Shown: in pieces, positions 8,636 to 17,644 of the stretch
How positions within the stretch are numbered: the first letter of the stretch is position 1
Layout: the number at the start of each line of letters is the position of its first letter
NCBI GenBank assembly: GCA_046484625.1
Contig: JAWOIO010000192.1
Span: 1,979 to 65,978, forward strand
Length of the DNA: 64,000 nucleotides
Direction of reading: 5' to 3'
Origin: Acidimicrobiia bacterium
Lineage (GTDB): Bacteria > Actinomycetota > Acidimicrobiia > IMCC26256 > PALSA-555
The notes under the pieces: generated by a model
The model's database searches: none
The model's input: only the letters and a program-made list of their open reading frames with translations
What the model was told of the DNA's origin: nothing
Position numbers and translations under genes: made by a program

Positions 8636-9421
8636 ATGAGCAATGCATTCGACGGCTTCACCGCGAGCGACTTCTCCCACGACGGCATCACCCGCCCGGT
8701 GTACGCGGGCGGCACCGGGCCGGCGGTGATCGTCATCCACGAGGTCCCGGGCCTCCACCCGGGCGTGATCGACTTCGGCCGCCGCGTCGTCGACCGCGGC
8801 TTCCACGTGCGGATGCCCTCGCTCTTCGGTACGCCGGGCAAGCCGTTCGGCGCGGTGTACTCGATGCGCTCGATGGTCTCCGGATGCGTGGCGAAGGAGT
8901 TCAGCTCGTGGGCGCTCGACCGCACGAGCCCGATCTCGTCGTGGCTGCGGGCACTCGCCGCCGACGCCCACGAGGCGTGCGGCGGGCCGGGCGTCGGCGC
9001 GGTCGGGATGTGCTTCACGGGAGGCTTCGCGCTCGGGATGATGCTCGACGAGCGGATGCAGGCGCCGGTCCTCAGCCAGCCGTCCCTCCCCTTCGCGGTG
9101 GGCAAACGCCGGAAGGCGTCGGTGGGGATCAGCGACGCCGACCTCGAGGCGCTCAGCGGACGCGCGGCGGCCGGAGCGTGCGTGATGGGGCTGCGCTTCA
9201 CCGGGGATCCGCTCGTCCCGGCGGCTCGGTTCGCCACCTTGCGCGACGCGCTCGGCGACGGCTTCATCGCGGTCGAGATCGACTCGTCGAAGGGGAACCC
9301 GCACGGGATCAAGCGGACGGCGCACTCGGTGCTCACGCTCGACCTCGTCGACGAGCCGGGGCACCCGACCCACGACGCGCTCGAGCGGGTGCTCACGTTC
9401 TTCGACGACCGGCTCCGCTGA
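8636..9421 (+). CDS. Dienelactone hydrolase family protein
   Basis: PAVIVIHEVPGL, GAVGMCFTGGFAL nucleophile-Cys region. 261 aa. Confidence 0.75.
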   Translation: MSNAFDGFTASDFSHDGITRPVYAGGTGPAVIVIHEVPGLHPGVIDFGRRVVDRGFHVRMPSLFGTPGKPFGAVYSMRSMVSGCVAKEFSSWALDRTSPISSWLRALAADAHEACGGPGVGAVGMCFTGGFALGMMLDERMQAPVLSQPSLPFAVGKRRKASVGISDADLEALSGRAAAGACVMGLRFTGDPLVPAARFATLRDALGDGFIAVEIDSSKGNPHGIKRTAHSVLTLDLVDEPGHPTHDALERVLTFFDDRLR

Positions 9422-9439
9422 GCAGATCGACCGACGCCG

Positions 9440-10408
9440 TCAGACCGTGACGACGACCTTCCCCCTGACCTGGCCATCTTCGAGTGCGCGGATCGCATCG
9501 GCCGCTTCGGCCAGGGGGTAGGTGCGCTCGACAACCGGCGTCAGGGTCCCGGCCGCGAGCATCCCGGCCAGCACGGCGATGTCCTCGCCGAGCTCCTTCG
9601 AGACGAACGCCCGCAGGTGCTGACCGATGAGCGGTGACCACAGCGCCGCCCAGAGGTTGCGCTGGAGCCCACCGACCCAGGGGCCACCTTCCTCGCCCCC
9701 GACGATGACCAACGTCCCCGTCGGGGTGAGCACCCGGCGCAGCGCTCGCAACGTCCGGTTCCCCGCGATGTCGATCACGACGTCGTACCGCACCCCACCC
9801 TCGACGATGTCGTCGCGTGTGTAGTCCACGACGTGGTCGGCGCCGATCGAGCGGACCAGGTCCAGCTTCGCCGTGCTGCACACGCCGGTGACCTCGGCTC
9901 CGGCGCCCTTGGCGATCTGCACCGCGAAGGTCCCGACACCCCCGGCCGCGCCGATCACCAGCACCGACTGGCCGAACCGGACCTTGCCGACGTCGCGCAC
10001 CGCCTGCAGGGCGGTCAGGCCCGAGATCGCCACTGCCGCCGCCTGCTCGAACGACGTCCCCTCGGGTTTCCGGACCAGCTTCTCGGCGGGCGCGACTGCG
10101 AGCTCCGCGTAGGTCCCCGTGCCGATCCCGAAGACCTCGTCGCCCGGCGCGAACCCACTCACACGCGTCCCGACCCGTTCGACGACCCCGGCGACATCCA
10201 TCCCCGGGACCCGGATGCGCGGTCGACGGACCCCGAACATGGGCCGGGCGACGTACGGCCGGCCGACCATCATGTGCCAGACCCCGCGATCGACCCCCGC
10301 AGCGCGCACCCGCAGCAGCACTTCACCGGCGCCCGGCTCGGGGGCCGCGACCTCGTCGAGCCGGAGCACGTCGGCCGAGCCGTAGGTGTCGTGGACGATC
10401 GCCTTCAC
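9440..10408 (-). CDS. NADPH:quinone oxidoreductase / zinc-type alcohol dehydrogenase family
   Basis: Internal GTG start (VKAIVHDTYG...) of track ORF 9440..10750. GAAGGVGTFAVQIAK Rossmann motif. The start overlaps the stop of the upstream HIT-like gene. Confidence 0.85.
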   Translation of the reverse strand: MKAIVHDTYGSADVLRLDEVAAPEPGAGEVLLRVRAAGVDRGVWHMMVGRPYVARPMFGVRRPRIRVPGMDVAGVVERVGTRVSGFAPGDEVFGIGTGTYAELAVAPAEKLVRKPEGTSFEQAAAVAISGLTALQAVRDVGKVRFGQSVLVIGAAGGVGTFAVQIAKGAGAEVTGVCSTAKLDLVRSIGADHVVDYTRDDIVEGGVRYDVVIDIAGNRTLRALRRVLTPTGTLVIVGGEEGGPWVGGLQRNLWAALWSPLIGQHLRAFVSKELGEDIAVLAGMLAAGTLTPVVERTYPLAEAADAIRALEDGQVRGKVVVTV

Positions 10409-10725
10409 GGCGTGCGCCGCGCCAGCCCGTGGCCGAAGAAGCCACCCTTTGGTCGGGCATGCGCGTGGTAGTGGTCGGGGATCTGACGCATGTTGTCGTC
10501 GACGTAGTGCTCGAAGGTGAAGTGCACCTCCACGACGGCGGCCAGCTGCACGTGCATGTGGGCGCGCTCCGACTCGGGCGGCTCGGTTCCGTGGCCGCGC
10601 CACACGACCATCGGCACCGCGCAGATCTCGCACTCGGCGATCCAGCAGACGTCGTCCTCGTGGTACCACGGCGTGATGCGGGCGGCCTCGCAGAGGTCGC
10701 AGTCGTCCGAGAACGGTCGGGTCAT
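10405..10725 (-). CDS. Small HIT-family-like protein with CxxC pairs
   Basis: 106 aa. N-terminal CDLC...YHEDD...CEIC, and a histidine-triad-like DHYHAHARP near the C-terminus. 4-nt overlaps with both trpA and the downstream oxidoreductase. Confidence 0.6.
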   Translation of the reverse strand: MTRPFSDDCDLCEAARITPWYHEDDVCWIAECEICAVPMVVWRGHGTEPPESERAHMHVQLAAVVEVHFTFEHYVDDNMRQIPDHYHAHARPKGGFFGHGLARRTP

Positions 10726-11492
10726 CGGTCCAGTGCCTCTCTGAGCTCACGGACGAACGCGTGCGCGCCGTCGGGGCCCTCGCCGCGCAGCAGCCGGGCG
10801 ATCAACGCGCTCCCCACGATCACGCCGTCGGCATGGCCCGACGCCTCGACTGCCTGCTCGGCGTTCGAGATCCCCACCCCGAGCAGCACCGGGAGATCGG
10901 TGGCCGCCTTGAGCCGTCGCCCCATCTCCCCCGCCCGCGTGGCCAGCTCGGCGCGTTCCCCCGTGACGCCCAGGAGCGAGACGCCGTAGACGAACCCGCG
11001 CGACCGGGCACAGATCGCGGCGAGGCGATCCGGCGGGGTGGTCGGCGCGGCGAGCAGGACGGTCTCGATCCCCTCGGCGTCGGCGGCATCGGACCATCCG
11101 TCGAGCTCGTCGAGCGGGAGGTCGGGCACGATGGCGCCGTCGATCCCGGACGCCGCGAGCGTCGCGGCGAATCGCTCGTGGCCGGCGTGGTGCACCGGGT
11201 TGTAGTACGTCATCACCACGAGCGGGACCCCGACGTCGAGGTCCGCAGCCTCGGCGACGATGCTGCCTGGTGTCGCGCCGATGTCGAGCGCCCTTTGCGA
11301 CGCCTCCTGCACGGTCCGTCCGTCCATCACGGGATCGGAGAACGGGATCCCGATCTCGACCGCGTCCGCGCCGGCATCGGCCACAGCCCGCACGACATCG
11401 AGCCAGTCGCCCCCGAGACCGCCGGTCACGTACGGGACGAGCAGCTTGGCGCCCGCGGCCCGCTTCGCTCGAAGCGACTCCTCGAGCCTCAT
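10722..11492 (-). CDS. trpA: Tryptophan synthase alpha chain
   Basis: LVPYVTGG, EIGIPFSDPVMDG, GFVYGVSLLGVTG. Confidence 0.95.
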   Translation of the reverse strand: MRLEESLRAKRAAGAKLLVPYVTGGLGGDWLDVVRAVADAGADAVEIGIPFSDPVMDGRTVQEASQRALDIGATPGSIVAEAADLDVGVPLVVMTYYNPVHHAGHERFAATLAASGIDGAIVPDLPLDELDGWSDAADAEGIETVLLAAPTTPPDRLAAICARSRGFVYGVSLLGVTGERAELATRAGEMGRRLKAATDLPVLLGVGISNAEQAVEASGHADGVIVGSALIARLLRGEGPDGAHAFVRELREALDR

Positions 11493-11496
11493 CGCG

Positions 11497-12729
11497 TCAT
11501 CCGTTGAGCCTCTCGCCGGTGAGGCGCTCGGCGACGTACGCGGCGTCCTTGTCGCCGCGCCCGGAGAGCGTCACGAGCACCGACGATCCGCTCGGCACCG
11601 CGTGTCCGCTCTCGCGCGCCAGCCAGCCGATCGCGTGCGCGGGCTCCAGTGCCGGCACGATCCCCTCGGTCTCGGCGAGGAGCTGGAAGCCCGCGATCGC
11701 CTCGTCGTCGGTCGCCGACACGTACTCGGCGCGACCCGATGCCGCGAGCGCAGCGTGCTCGGGACCAACGCCCGGGTAGTCGAGGCCGGCGCTGATCGAA
11801 TGCGCCTCGAGGATCTGGCCGTCCTCGTCCTGGAGGAAGAGGGACTTCGCTCCGTGCAGCACGCCGGGCACCCCGCGCTCCAGCGACGCACCGTGCTTCC
11901 CCGACTCGAGCCCGAGCCCCGCTGCCTCGACGCCGACGAGCGTCGCGTCGGTCTCGAGAAAGCCTGCGAACGTCCCCATCGCGTTCGACCCGCCACCCAC
12001 GCACGCGACCACGTAGTCGGGGTCGGCTCCGAGCATTCGGCGCGTCTGCTCGCGTGCTTCGTCGCCGACGACGCGTTGGAGCTCGCGCACGATCCAGGGG
12101 TACGGGTGCGGACCGACGACCGACCCGATGCAGTAGTGGGTCGACTCGACGCTGGCAACCCAGTCGCGCAGCGCCTCGTTGATCGCGTCCTTCAGCGTCG
12201 CGCTACCGGACTCGGCGGGCACCACCTCGGCGCCGAGGAGCTGCATGCGCCAGACGTTGAGCTCCTGGCGCTCCACGTCGACGGCACCCATGAAGACCGT
12301 GCAGTCGAGACCGAAGAGCGCGGCGGCCGTAGCCGTCGCGACACCGTGCTGGCCGGCACCGGTCTCCGCGATCACCCGGTGCTTCCCCATCCGCCGGGTG
12401 AGCAGGGCCTGACCCAGCACGTTGTTGATCTTGTGGGAGCCGGTGTGGGTGAGGTCCTCGCGCTTCAGGAACACCCGCAGGCCGAGCCGCTCCGAGAGCC
12501 GGCGGCATTCGGTGACGGGCGTCGGACGGCCGGCGTAGGTCGTGAGCAGCTGGTCGAGCTCGGCCCGGAACTCGGTCGACGCCCACGCGGTACGGAACTC
12601 GGCCTCGAGCTCGACGAGCGCCGGCACGAGCGTCTCGGGGACGAAGCGGCCTCCGAAATCGCCGAAGCGTCCCAGACCGGCCGGCTCCGGGCCGACGGTG
12701 GTGGGGACGGTCGTCCCGCGTGCGGTCAT
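11497..12729 (-). CDS. trpB: Tryptophan synthase beta chain
   Basis: [24 protein letters not shown] (PLP Lys), GGGSNAMG. Confidence 0.95.
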   Translation of the reverse strand: MTARGTTVPTTVGPEPAGLGRFGDFGGRFVPETLVPALVELEAEFRTAWASTEFRAELDQLLTTYAGRPTPVTECRRLSERLGLRVFLKREDLTHTGSHKINNVLGQALLTRRMGKHRVIAETGAGQHGVATATAAALFGLDCTVFMGAVDVERQELNVWRMQLLGAEVVPAESGSATLKDAINEALRDWVASVESTHYCIGSVVGPHPYPWIVRELQRVVGDEAREQTRRMLGADPDYVVACVGGGSNAMGTFAGFLETDATLVGVEAAGLGLESGKHGASLERGVPGVLHGAKSLFLQDEDGQILEAHSISAGLDYPGVGPEHAALAASGRAEYVSATDDEAIAGFQLLAETEGIVPALEPAHAIGWLARESGHAVPSGSSVLVTLSGRGDKDAAYVAERLTGERLNG

Positions 12730-12790
12730 GCGGTGCTCCTGCGTCGACTGGGTGCTCGATGATACGGCTGCGTCTCGCCCACACCCCCGG

Positions 12791-13492
12791 TCAGGGCGGC
12801 AGCGGCTCCGATCGGACCTCGTCGACCTCCCAGTCGTAGGGCTCGGCGTCGGCGGGCACCCAGCCGTCGGATTCCGTCTCGGCGCCCGCCTCGCGCGCCT
12901 CCTCGAGGAAGCGCGCCAGCTTGCGGGCGTCCTTGCGACCGGAGCCCGGCTCGGTCTCGACCCCGGTCGCGACGTCGACGCCCCACGGGCGGACCCGTCG
13001 GATCGCGGCCCCGACGTTCTCGGGGGTCAGCCCGCCGGCGAGGAGGAGCCGGGTGCCGGCGGGCGCGCCCTCGGCGAGCGCCCAGTCGAAGAGCTCGCCA
13101 CTCCCGGGGACCTCGCCGTCGAGGAGGACGACGTCTGCGGGACCACGCGCGCTGGCGCCGATGGCGGGGTCACCGGCCCGGAAACCCTGGATCAGGAACG
13201 GCACCCGGGCCCGGATCCAGCGCGCTTCCGACTGGGGCTCCCGGCCGTGCAGCTGCGCGCCTTTGAGCCCGAGGCCGTTCACGATCTCGGCCACCCGTTC
13301 GGGCCGCTCGTCGCGAAAGACCCCAATCGTCAGGGCTTCGGGGGGCAGACGCCGCACCACGTCGCGCGCGTCGTTCACCGTGACCTGGCGGGGGCTGCCG
13401 GGGACGAAGTTGAGCCCGATCGCATCGGCGCCGAGGGCCACCGCGAGCAGCGCATCCTCCTCGTTCGTGACCCCGCAGATCTTCACGAACAT
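12791..13492 (-). CDS. trpF: Phosphoribosylanthranilate isomerase TrpF with acidic C-terminal extension
   Basis: Internal ATG ([14 protein letters not shown]...) of ORF 12791..13771. [26 protein letters not shown]. About 25 extra acidic residues at the C-terminus. Confidence 0.85.
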   Translation of the reverse strand: MFVKICGVTNEEDALLAVALGADAIGLNFVPGSPRQVTVNDARDVVRRLPPEALTIGVFRDERPERVAEIVNGLGLKGAQLHGREPQSEARWIRARVPFLIQGFRAGDPAIGASARGPADVVLLDGEVPGSGELFDWALAEGAPAGTRLLLAGGLTPENVGAAIRRVRPWGVDVATGVETEPGSGRKDARKLARFLEEAREAGAETESDGWVPADAEPYDWEVDEVRSEPLPP

Positions 13493-13550
13493 GCGTACGA
13501 CGGTATCGGAAAGCGCCCTCGGCACTGTGGCCGATACCATCGGCGCCGCC

Positions 13551-14543
13551 ATGTCGAGCGCCGTGTCCGACGCCAAGACCGTCCCGGCGCCTGCGCCGAC
13601 CCGGCGACCGCTGCTGCCAGCCGGGGCGCTCGCCGGCAGCCGACGCTGGCTCGCGCTCTCGGGGTTCGTCGCCGCCTCGGCGATCGTCGTCCTGGCACTG
13701 GGTGAGATCCCGTCCCGGCCGTACATCCTGTTCTGGCTGATCGGGCTGGCCTGGGTGCTCTGCTGGCGCAACGACCACCCGGTGGCCCGGGTCGTGTTCG
13801 ACTGGCTACCGGTGCTCGTGATCGCGGCCGGCTACGACCTCGTCCGCAGCCGCGCCGTGGACCTGGTCCCTCGCGCCGTCACCGATCCGCAGCTCCAGGT
13901 CGACGAGTTCCTCTTCGGTGGGGTCGTCCCGACGATCCGACTCCAGGACTGGCTCGTCGATGCCGGCACGCCGCACTGGTGGGACTACCCCGTCTGGGTG
14001 ATGTACCTCTCGCACTTCGTCGTCACCCCGGCCGTCGCGGTCTGGCTCTACCTGCGCCACCGCGAATGGTTCCACCGCTACGCGATCCTGATCCTCGGCG
14101 TCTGCCTCGCCGGGTTCGCGACGTATTTCATCCTCCCGGCCGTGCCTCCCTGGCTCGCCAGCCGCGACGGCGCGCTGGCTCCCACCACGCGGGTGGTGCA
14201 CGCGGTGTGGGACAGCATCGGCATCGACTCGGCGTCGAAGATCTTCGATGGCGACGCGAGGCTCGCGAACCCCGTCGCGGCGCTCCCGTCGCTCCACGCG
14301 GCGTGGCCGCTCATGACGTTGCTGTTCCTGTGGCGCAAGGTCGGGCGGTGGCGCTGGCTCCTGGTGGCATACAACGCCGCGATGGTGTTCGTGCTCGTCT
14401 ACGGCGCCGAGCACTACTTCAGCGACATCCTCATGGGCTGGGTCTACGTGATCGTCATCTACCTCGTCGTGAACCGTCTCGCCGACGACCGCCTCGCCGA
14501 CGACCGCCTCGCTCGCATGCAGGGGCGAACCGACCCGTCGTGA
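13551..14543 (+). CDS. PAP2-superfamily integral membrane protein (inositolphosphotransferase/AUR1-like PAP2_C type)
   Basis: Multiple TM helices. PSLHAAW and GAEHYFSDILMG motifs. Start uncertain (ATG 13551 or 13491). C-terminal RLADD repeats. Confidence 0.75.
   Translation: MSSAVSDAKTVPAPAPTRRPLLPAGALAGSRRWLALSGFVAASAIVVLALGEIPSRPYILFWLIGLAWVLCWRNDHPVARVVFDWLPVLVIAAGYDLVRSRAVDLVPRAVTDPQLQVDEFLFGGVVPTIRLQDWLVDAGTPHWWDYPVWVMYLSHFVVTPAVAVWLYLRHREWFHRYAILILGVCLAGFATYFILPAVPPWLASRDGALAPTTRVVHAVWDSIGIDSASKIFDGDARLANPVAALPSLHAAWPLMTLLFLWRKVGRWRWLLVAYNAAMVFVLVYGAEHYFSDILMGWVYVIVIYLVVNRLADDRLADDRLARMQGRTDPS
14475..14513 (+). repeat. In-frame 15-bp tandem repeat (2.6 copies) encoding RLADD-RLADD-RLA
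   Basis: CGTCTCGCCGACGAC / CGCCTCGCCGACGAC / CGCCTCGCT, read directly. Confidence 0.9.
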
Positions 14544-15319
14544 GTAGCCCGCTCGTCGTCTACGAGCGGGACGGCCACATCGCGACGATCTCGTATCACC
14601 GCCCCGAGCGCCTCAACGCGATCAATGGCGCGATGCGCGGCGACCTCAACGCAGCGTGGGAGCGGTTCCGGGCCGACGACGACGCGTGGGTCGCGATCAT
14701 CACCGGCACGGGGCGAGCGTTCTGCGTCGGCGCCGACCTGGCCGACGGGGCCGGCTCGGCCGGGACGTGGCCCGGATCGTTCTGGGAGATCCCGACGGTC
14801 AACTCGTTCGAGTCGGGCCTCGAGGTCTGGAAGCCCACGATCGCGGCGGTGAACGGCTACTGCCTGGGGTACGGCCTCACGATGGCGGCGGCGTGCGACT
14901 TCGTGCTCGCGGCCGACGACGCCCAGTTCGGCATGCCCGAGGTGCGCCTCGGCGTCCCCACCATCGTCGGCGCGATGCGTCTCCCCGCCCGGATCCGCAT
15001 GCAGGACGCACTCGAGGTGCTGCTCACGGGCGATCGCATCGACGCAGCGCGGGCCCACGAGATCGGACTCGCGCTCCGGGTCGTCCCGCGCGAGGACCTG
15101 TTGGTGGAGGCCCGCCGGCTCGCCGAGCGCCTCTGCCAGGGCGCGCCCCTGGCCGTCCGAGCGGTGAACGAGATGGCCCACCGCGGTCGACACGTCCCGT
15201 GGGAGGACGCCGTCCGGATGGGTGAGGCGATGCGACGCCTCGTGCTCGCGAGCGACGACGCCCAGGAAGGCCGCCGGGCGGCAGCCGAAGGACGCGATCC
15301 GCGCTGGTCGGGGCACTGA
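14540..15319 (+). CDS. Enoyl-CoA hydratase/isomerase (crotonase) family
   Basis: GTG start overlapping the PAP2 stop (GTGA). RPERLNAI, ITGTGRAFCVGADL, GYCLGYGL. Confidence 0.85.
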   Translation: MSSPLVVYERDGHIATISYHRPERLNAINGAMRGDLNAAWERFRADDDAWVAIITGTGRAFCVGADLADGAGSAGTWPGSFWEIPTVNSFESGLEVWKPTIAAVNGYCLGYGLTMAAACDFVLAADDAQFGMPEVRLGVPTIVGAMRLPARIRMQDALEVLLTGDRIDAARAHEIGLALRVVPREDLLVEARRLAERLCQGAPLAVRAVNEMAHRGRHVPWEDAVRMGEAMRRLVLASDDAQEGRRAAAEGRDPRWSGH

Positions 15320-15343
15320 GTCCGCGCTGGTCGGGGCACTGAG
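15298..15343 (+). repeat. Perfect 23-bp tandem duplication including the crotonase stop codon
   Basis: TCCGCGCTGGTCGGGGCACTGAG occurs twice back to back (15298..15320 and 15321..15343). Confidence 0.95.
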
Positions 15344-15349
15344 CCCGGC

Positions 15350-15396
15350 TTCTCGGCACGCTGATGGTTGCAGAGCAACACTCAGCGTGCCGAGAA
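15350..15396. terminator. Long bidirectional hairpin between convergent crotonase and trpC genes
   Basis: 15-bp perfect arms TTCTCGGCACGCTGA / TCAGCGTGCCGAGAA plus an inner 5-bp stem GTTGC/GCAAC with an AGA loop. The right arm overlaps the trpC stop. Confidence 0.6.
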
Positions 15397-16191
15397 CGGG
15401 AGGGCGGCGAGCTCGCGAGCCAGTGCCTCGGGATCATCGGAACGGACGAGGGCCTCACCGACGAGCACCGCGTCGAATCCCGCGGCGCCCATACGCCGTG
15501 CGTCGTCGACGGAGCGGATCGCGCTCTCGGCGACTGCCACCACGTCGTTCGGCAACGACCCACCGAGACGCTCGGCCCGCGACCGGTCCTCCTCGAACGT
15601 CGTGAGGTCACGAGCGTTGATCCCGATGATCGAGGCGCCGACCTCGAGGGCCCGTTCGACCTCTCGCTCGTCGTGGGCTTCCACCAACACGTCGAGCGTC
15701 AGGTCACGCGCGAGCGAGAGCAGATCTGCGAGCAGTGCGTCGTCCGGGATGGCGGCGACGATGAGCAGGATTGCATCGGCCCCGATCCCCCGCGCCTCGT
15801 ACACCTGATCGGGGTCGATCGTGAAGTCCTTGCGGAGGATCGGCGTTGCGCTCGTGGCATCGCGCGCGGCCTGGAGATCGGCGACCGACCCGCCGAAGAA
15901 CGGGCCGTCCGTCAGCACCGACAGGCACGCGGCGCCACCCCGCTCGTAGTCCCCCGCGAACCGGGCGGGATCGAGGTCGGGTGCGAGCTCACCCTTCGAG
16001 GGCGAACGACGCTTGATCTCGGCGATCACGCCGAGGGACCCCAGCCCCCTCCGCTTGCGGAGTGCCGCCTCGAACCCCCGCGTCGGGGGGCTCGCGAGCG
16101 CGGCCTTCCGGATCGCGTCCCGCGCCTGCGGCTGGTGGAGCAGCGTGACCTCGTCGCGCTTCGTGGCGAGGATCTCGTCGAGCACGCTCAT
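15382..16191 (-). CDS. trpC: Indole-3-glycerol-phosphate synthase
   Basis: Internal ATG (MSVLDEILATKRDEV) of ORF 15382..16320. IAEIKRRSPSKG, ILRKDF, VAESAI. Confidence 0.9.
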   Translation of the reverse strand: MSVLDEILATKRDEVTLLHQPQARDAIRKAALASPPTRGFEAALRKRRGLGSLGVIAEIKRRSPSKGELAPDLDPARFAGDYERGGAACLSVLTDGPFFGGSVADLQAARDATSATPILRKDFTIDPDQVYEARGIGADAILLIVAAIPDDALLADLLSLARDLTLDVLVEAHDEREVERALEVGASIIGINARDLTTFEEDRSRAERLGGSLPNDVVAVAESAIRSVDDARRMGAAGFDAVLVGEALVRSDDPEALARELAALPFSAR

Positions 16192-16240
16192 GCGGGCGCA
16201 AGTGTGCCAGACCGGCTCAGCCCTTCTACGCTCCCTTCCC

Positions 16241-17422
16241 ATGACGACAGCCTTTCCCGATGGCTTCCTCTGGGGTACGGCCACGGCCGCGCACCAGGTG
16301 GAGGGCTCCAACTGGAACAACGACTGGTGGGCGTGGGAACACGCACCGGGGACGCCGTGCGTCGAGCCGTCCGGCGACGCCTGCGACCACTACTGGCGGT
16401 ACGAGGAGGATCTCGACATCCTCGCCGGTCTCGGGTTCGGCGCCTATCGGTTCTCGCTCGAGTGGTCCCGGATCGAACCCGAGGAGGGCGAGTTCTCGCG
16501 CGCGCAGCTCGACCACTACGCCCGCGTGCTCGACGCCTGCGCCGCGCGGGGACTCGTGCCGGTGGTGACGTTCCACCATTTCACCACCCCTCGCTGGGCC
16601 GTCGTCGACGGCGGCTGGACCGACCCCACGACCGCCGAGCGCTTCGCCCGCTTCTGCGAGCACGCGACCGCTGCCCTCGGCGACCGCATCGGCATGGCCT
16701 GCACGATCAACGAGCCCAACGTGGTCTCGACCATCGGGTACCTCGTCGGCGCGTTCCCTCCCGGCCACACCCAGGATCTCGACGGCTTCGTGCGTGCCAC
16801 CGAGGTGCTCGTCGATGCACATCGCCGCTCGTACGACGCGATCAAGAGCGGACCCGGGGACTTCCCCGTGGGACTCACCTTGTCGATGAGCGACTGGGGT
16901 GCCGAAGAAGGCGCCGAGGACAAGATCGCCGAGTACCGGGCGCACCACGAGGACGTCTACCTCGAGGCCGCACGCGGTGACGACTACTTCGGCGTGCAGG
17001 CGTACTCACGCACCCGGGTCGGCAACGACGGGATCCTCGGCCCGGAGCCGGGGGTCGAGGTGCTCCCGATGGGCTACGAGTACTGGCCGCGGGCTGCCGA
17101 GGCCTCGATCCGGCATGCCGCGGAGGTGGCCCAGGTCCCGCTCTACGTCACCGAGAACGGGATCGGCACCGACGACGACGAGCAGCGGATCCGGTACCTG
17201 CAGGAGTCGCTCGCCGGTGTCGCGGCGACCATCGCCGACGGGATCGACGTCCGCGGCTACTTCCAGTGGTCCCTGCTCGACAACTTCGAGTGGGCGTTCG
17301 GCTACCAGATGCGCTTCGGGATCGTCGGCGTCGACCGGCAGACCCAGGTGCGGACCACGAAGCCGAGCGCCGCCTGGATGTCGGAGGTGGTGCGGACGAA
17401 CCGGATCGCCACCTCCGGCTGA
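16241..17422 (+). CDS. Glycoside hydrolase family 1 beta-glucosidase
   Basis: Internal ATG (MTTAFPDGFLWGTATAAHQVEG). TINEPN acid/base and YVTENG nucleophile motifs, DNFEW. 393 aa, somewhat short for GH1. Confidence 0.85.
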   Translation: MTTAFPDGFLWGTATAAHQVEGSNWNNDWWAWEHAPGTPCVEPSGDACDHYWRYEEDLDILAGLGFGAYRFSLEWSRIEPEEGEFSRAQLDHYARVLDACAARGLVPVVTFHHFTTPRWAVVDGGWTDPTTAERFARFCEHATAALGDRIGMACTINEPNVVSTIGYLVGAFPPGHTQDLDGFVRATEVLVDAHRRSYDAIKSGPGDFPVGLTLSMSDWGAEEGAEDKIAEYRAHHEDVYLEAARGDDYFGVQAYSRTRVGNDGILGPEPGVEVLPMGYEYWPRAAEASIRHAAEVAQVPLYVTENGIGTDDDEQRIRYLQESLAGVAATIADGIDVRGYFQWSLLDNFEWAFGYQMRFGIVGVDRQTQVRTTKPSAAWMSEVVRTNRIATSG

Positions 17423-17644
17423 TCCGGACCTCACATTCCGCTCACGTTCACCCCGCCCCGCGGGACCCCCAGCCGGAAGATCGGGACCGGGATCGGGCTG
17501 GCCGTCGTCCGGGAGCTCACGAGCGCGATGGGCGGCGAGGTCTCGTGCGAGCCGCGGGAACCGAGCGGCACCCGGTTCGTCGTCAGGATCCCGGCAGCGC
17601 CTGGAGTCGCGCCGGAACCTCACCATCGCCCCAGCGAAGGCTGA
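17423..17644 (+). pseudogene. Orphan C-terminal remnant of a sensor histidine kinase (HATPase_c G2 box onward)
   Basis: The frame directly after the GH1 stop reads ...RKIGTGIGLAVVRELTSAMGGEVSCEPREPSGTRFVVRIP. No start, no HisKA domain, no N/G1 boxes. The 3' end overlaps ygfZ. Confidence 0.55.

Noticed and set aside
16241-17644. Possible stop-codon readthrough fusing GH1 to the kinase tail, since both are in the same frame.
   Set aside because: The kinase fragment lacks everything needed for function and overlaps ygfZ. The shared frame is a one-in-three coincidence, so a deletion scar is the simpler explanation.
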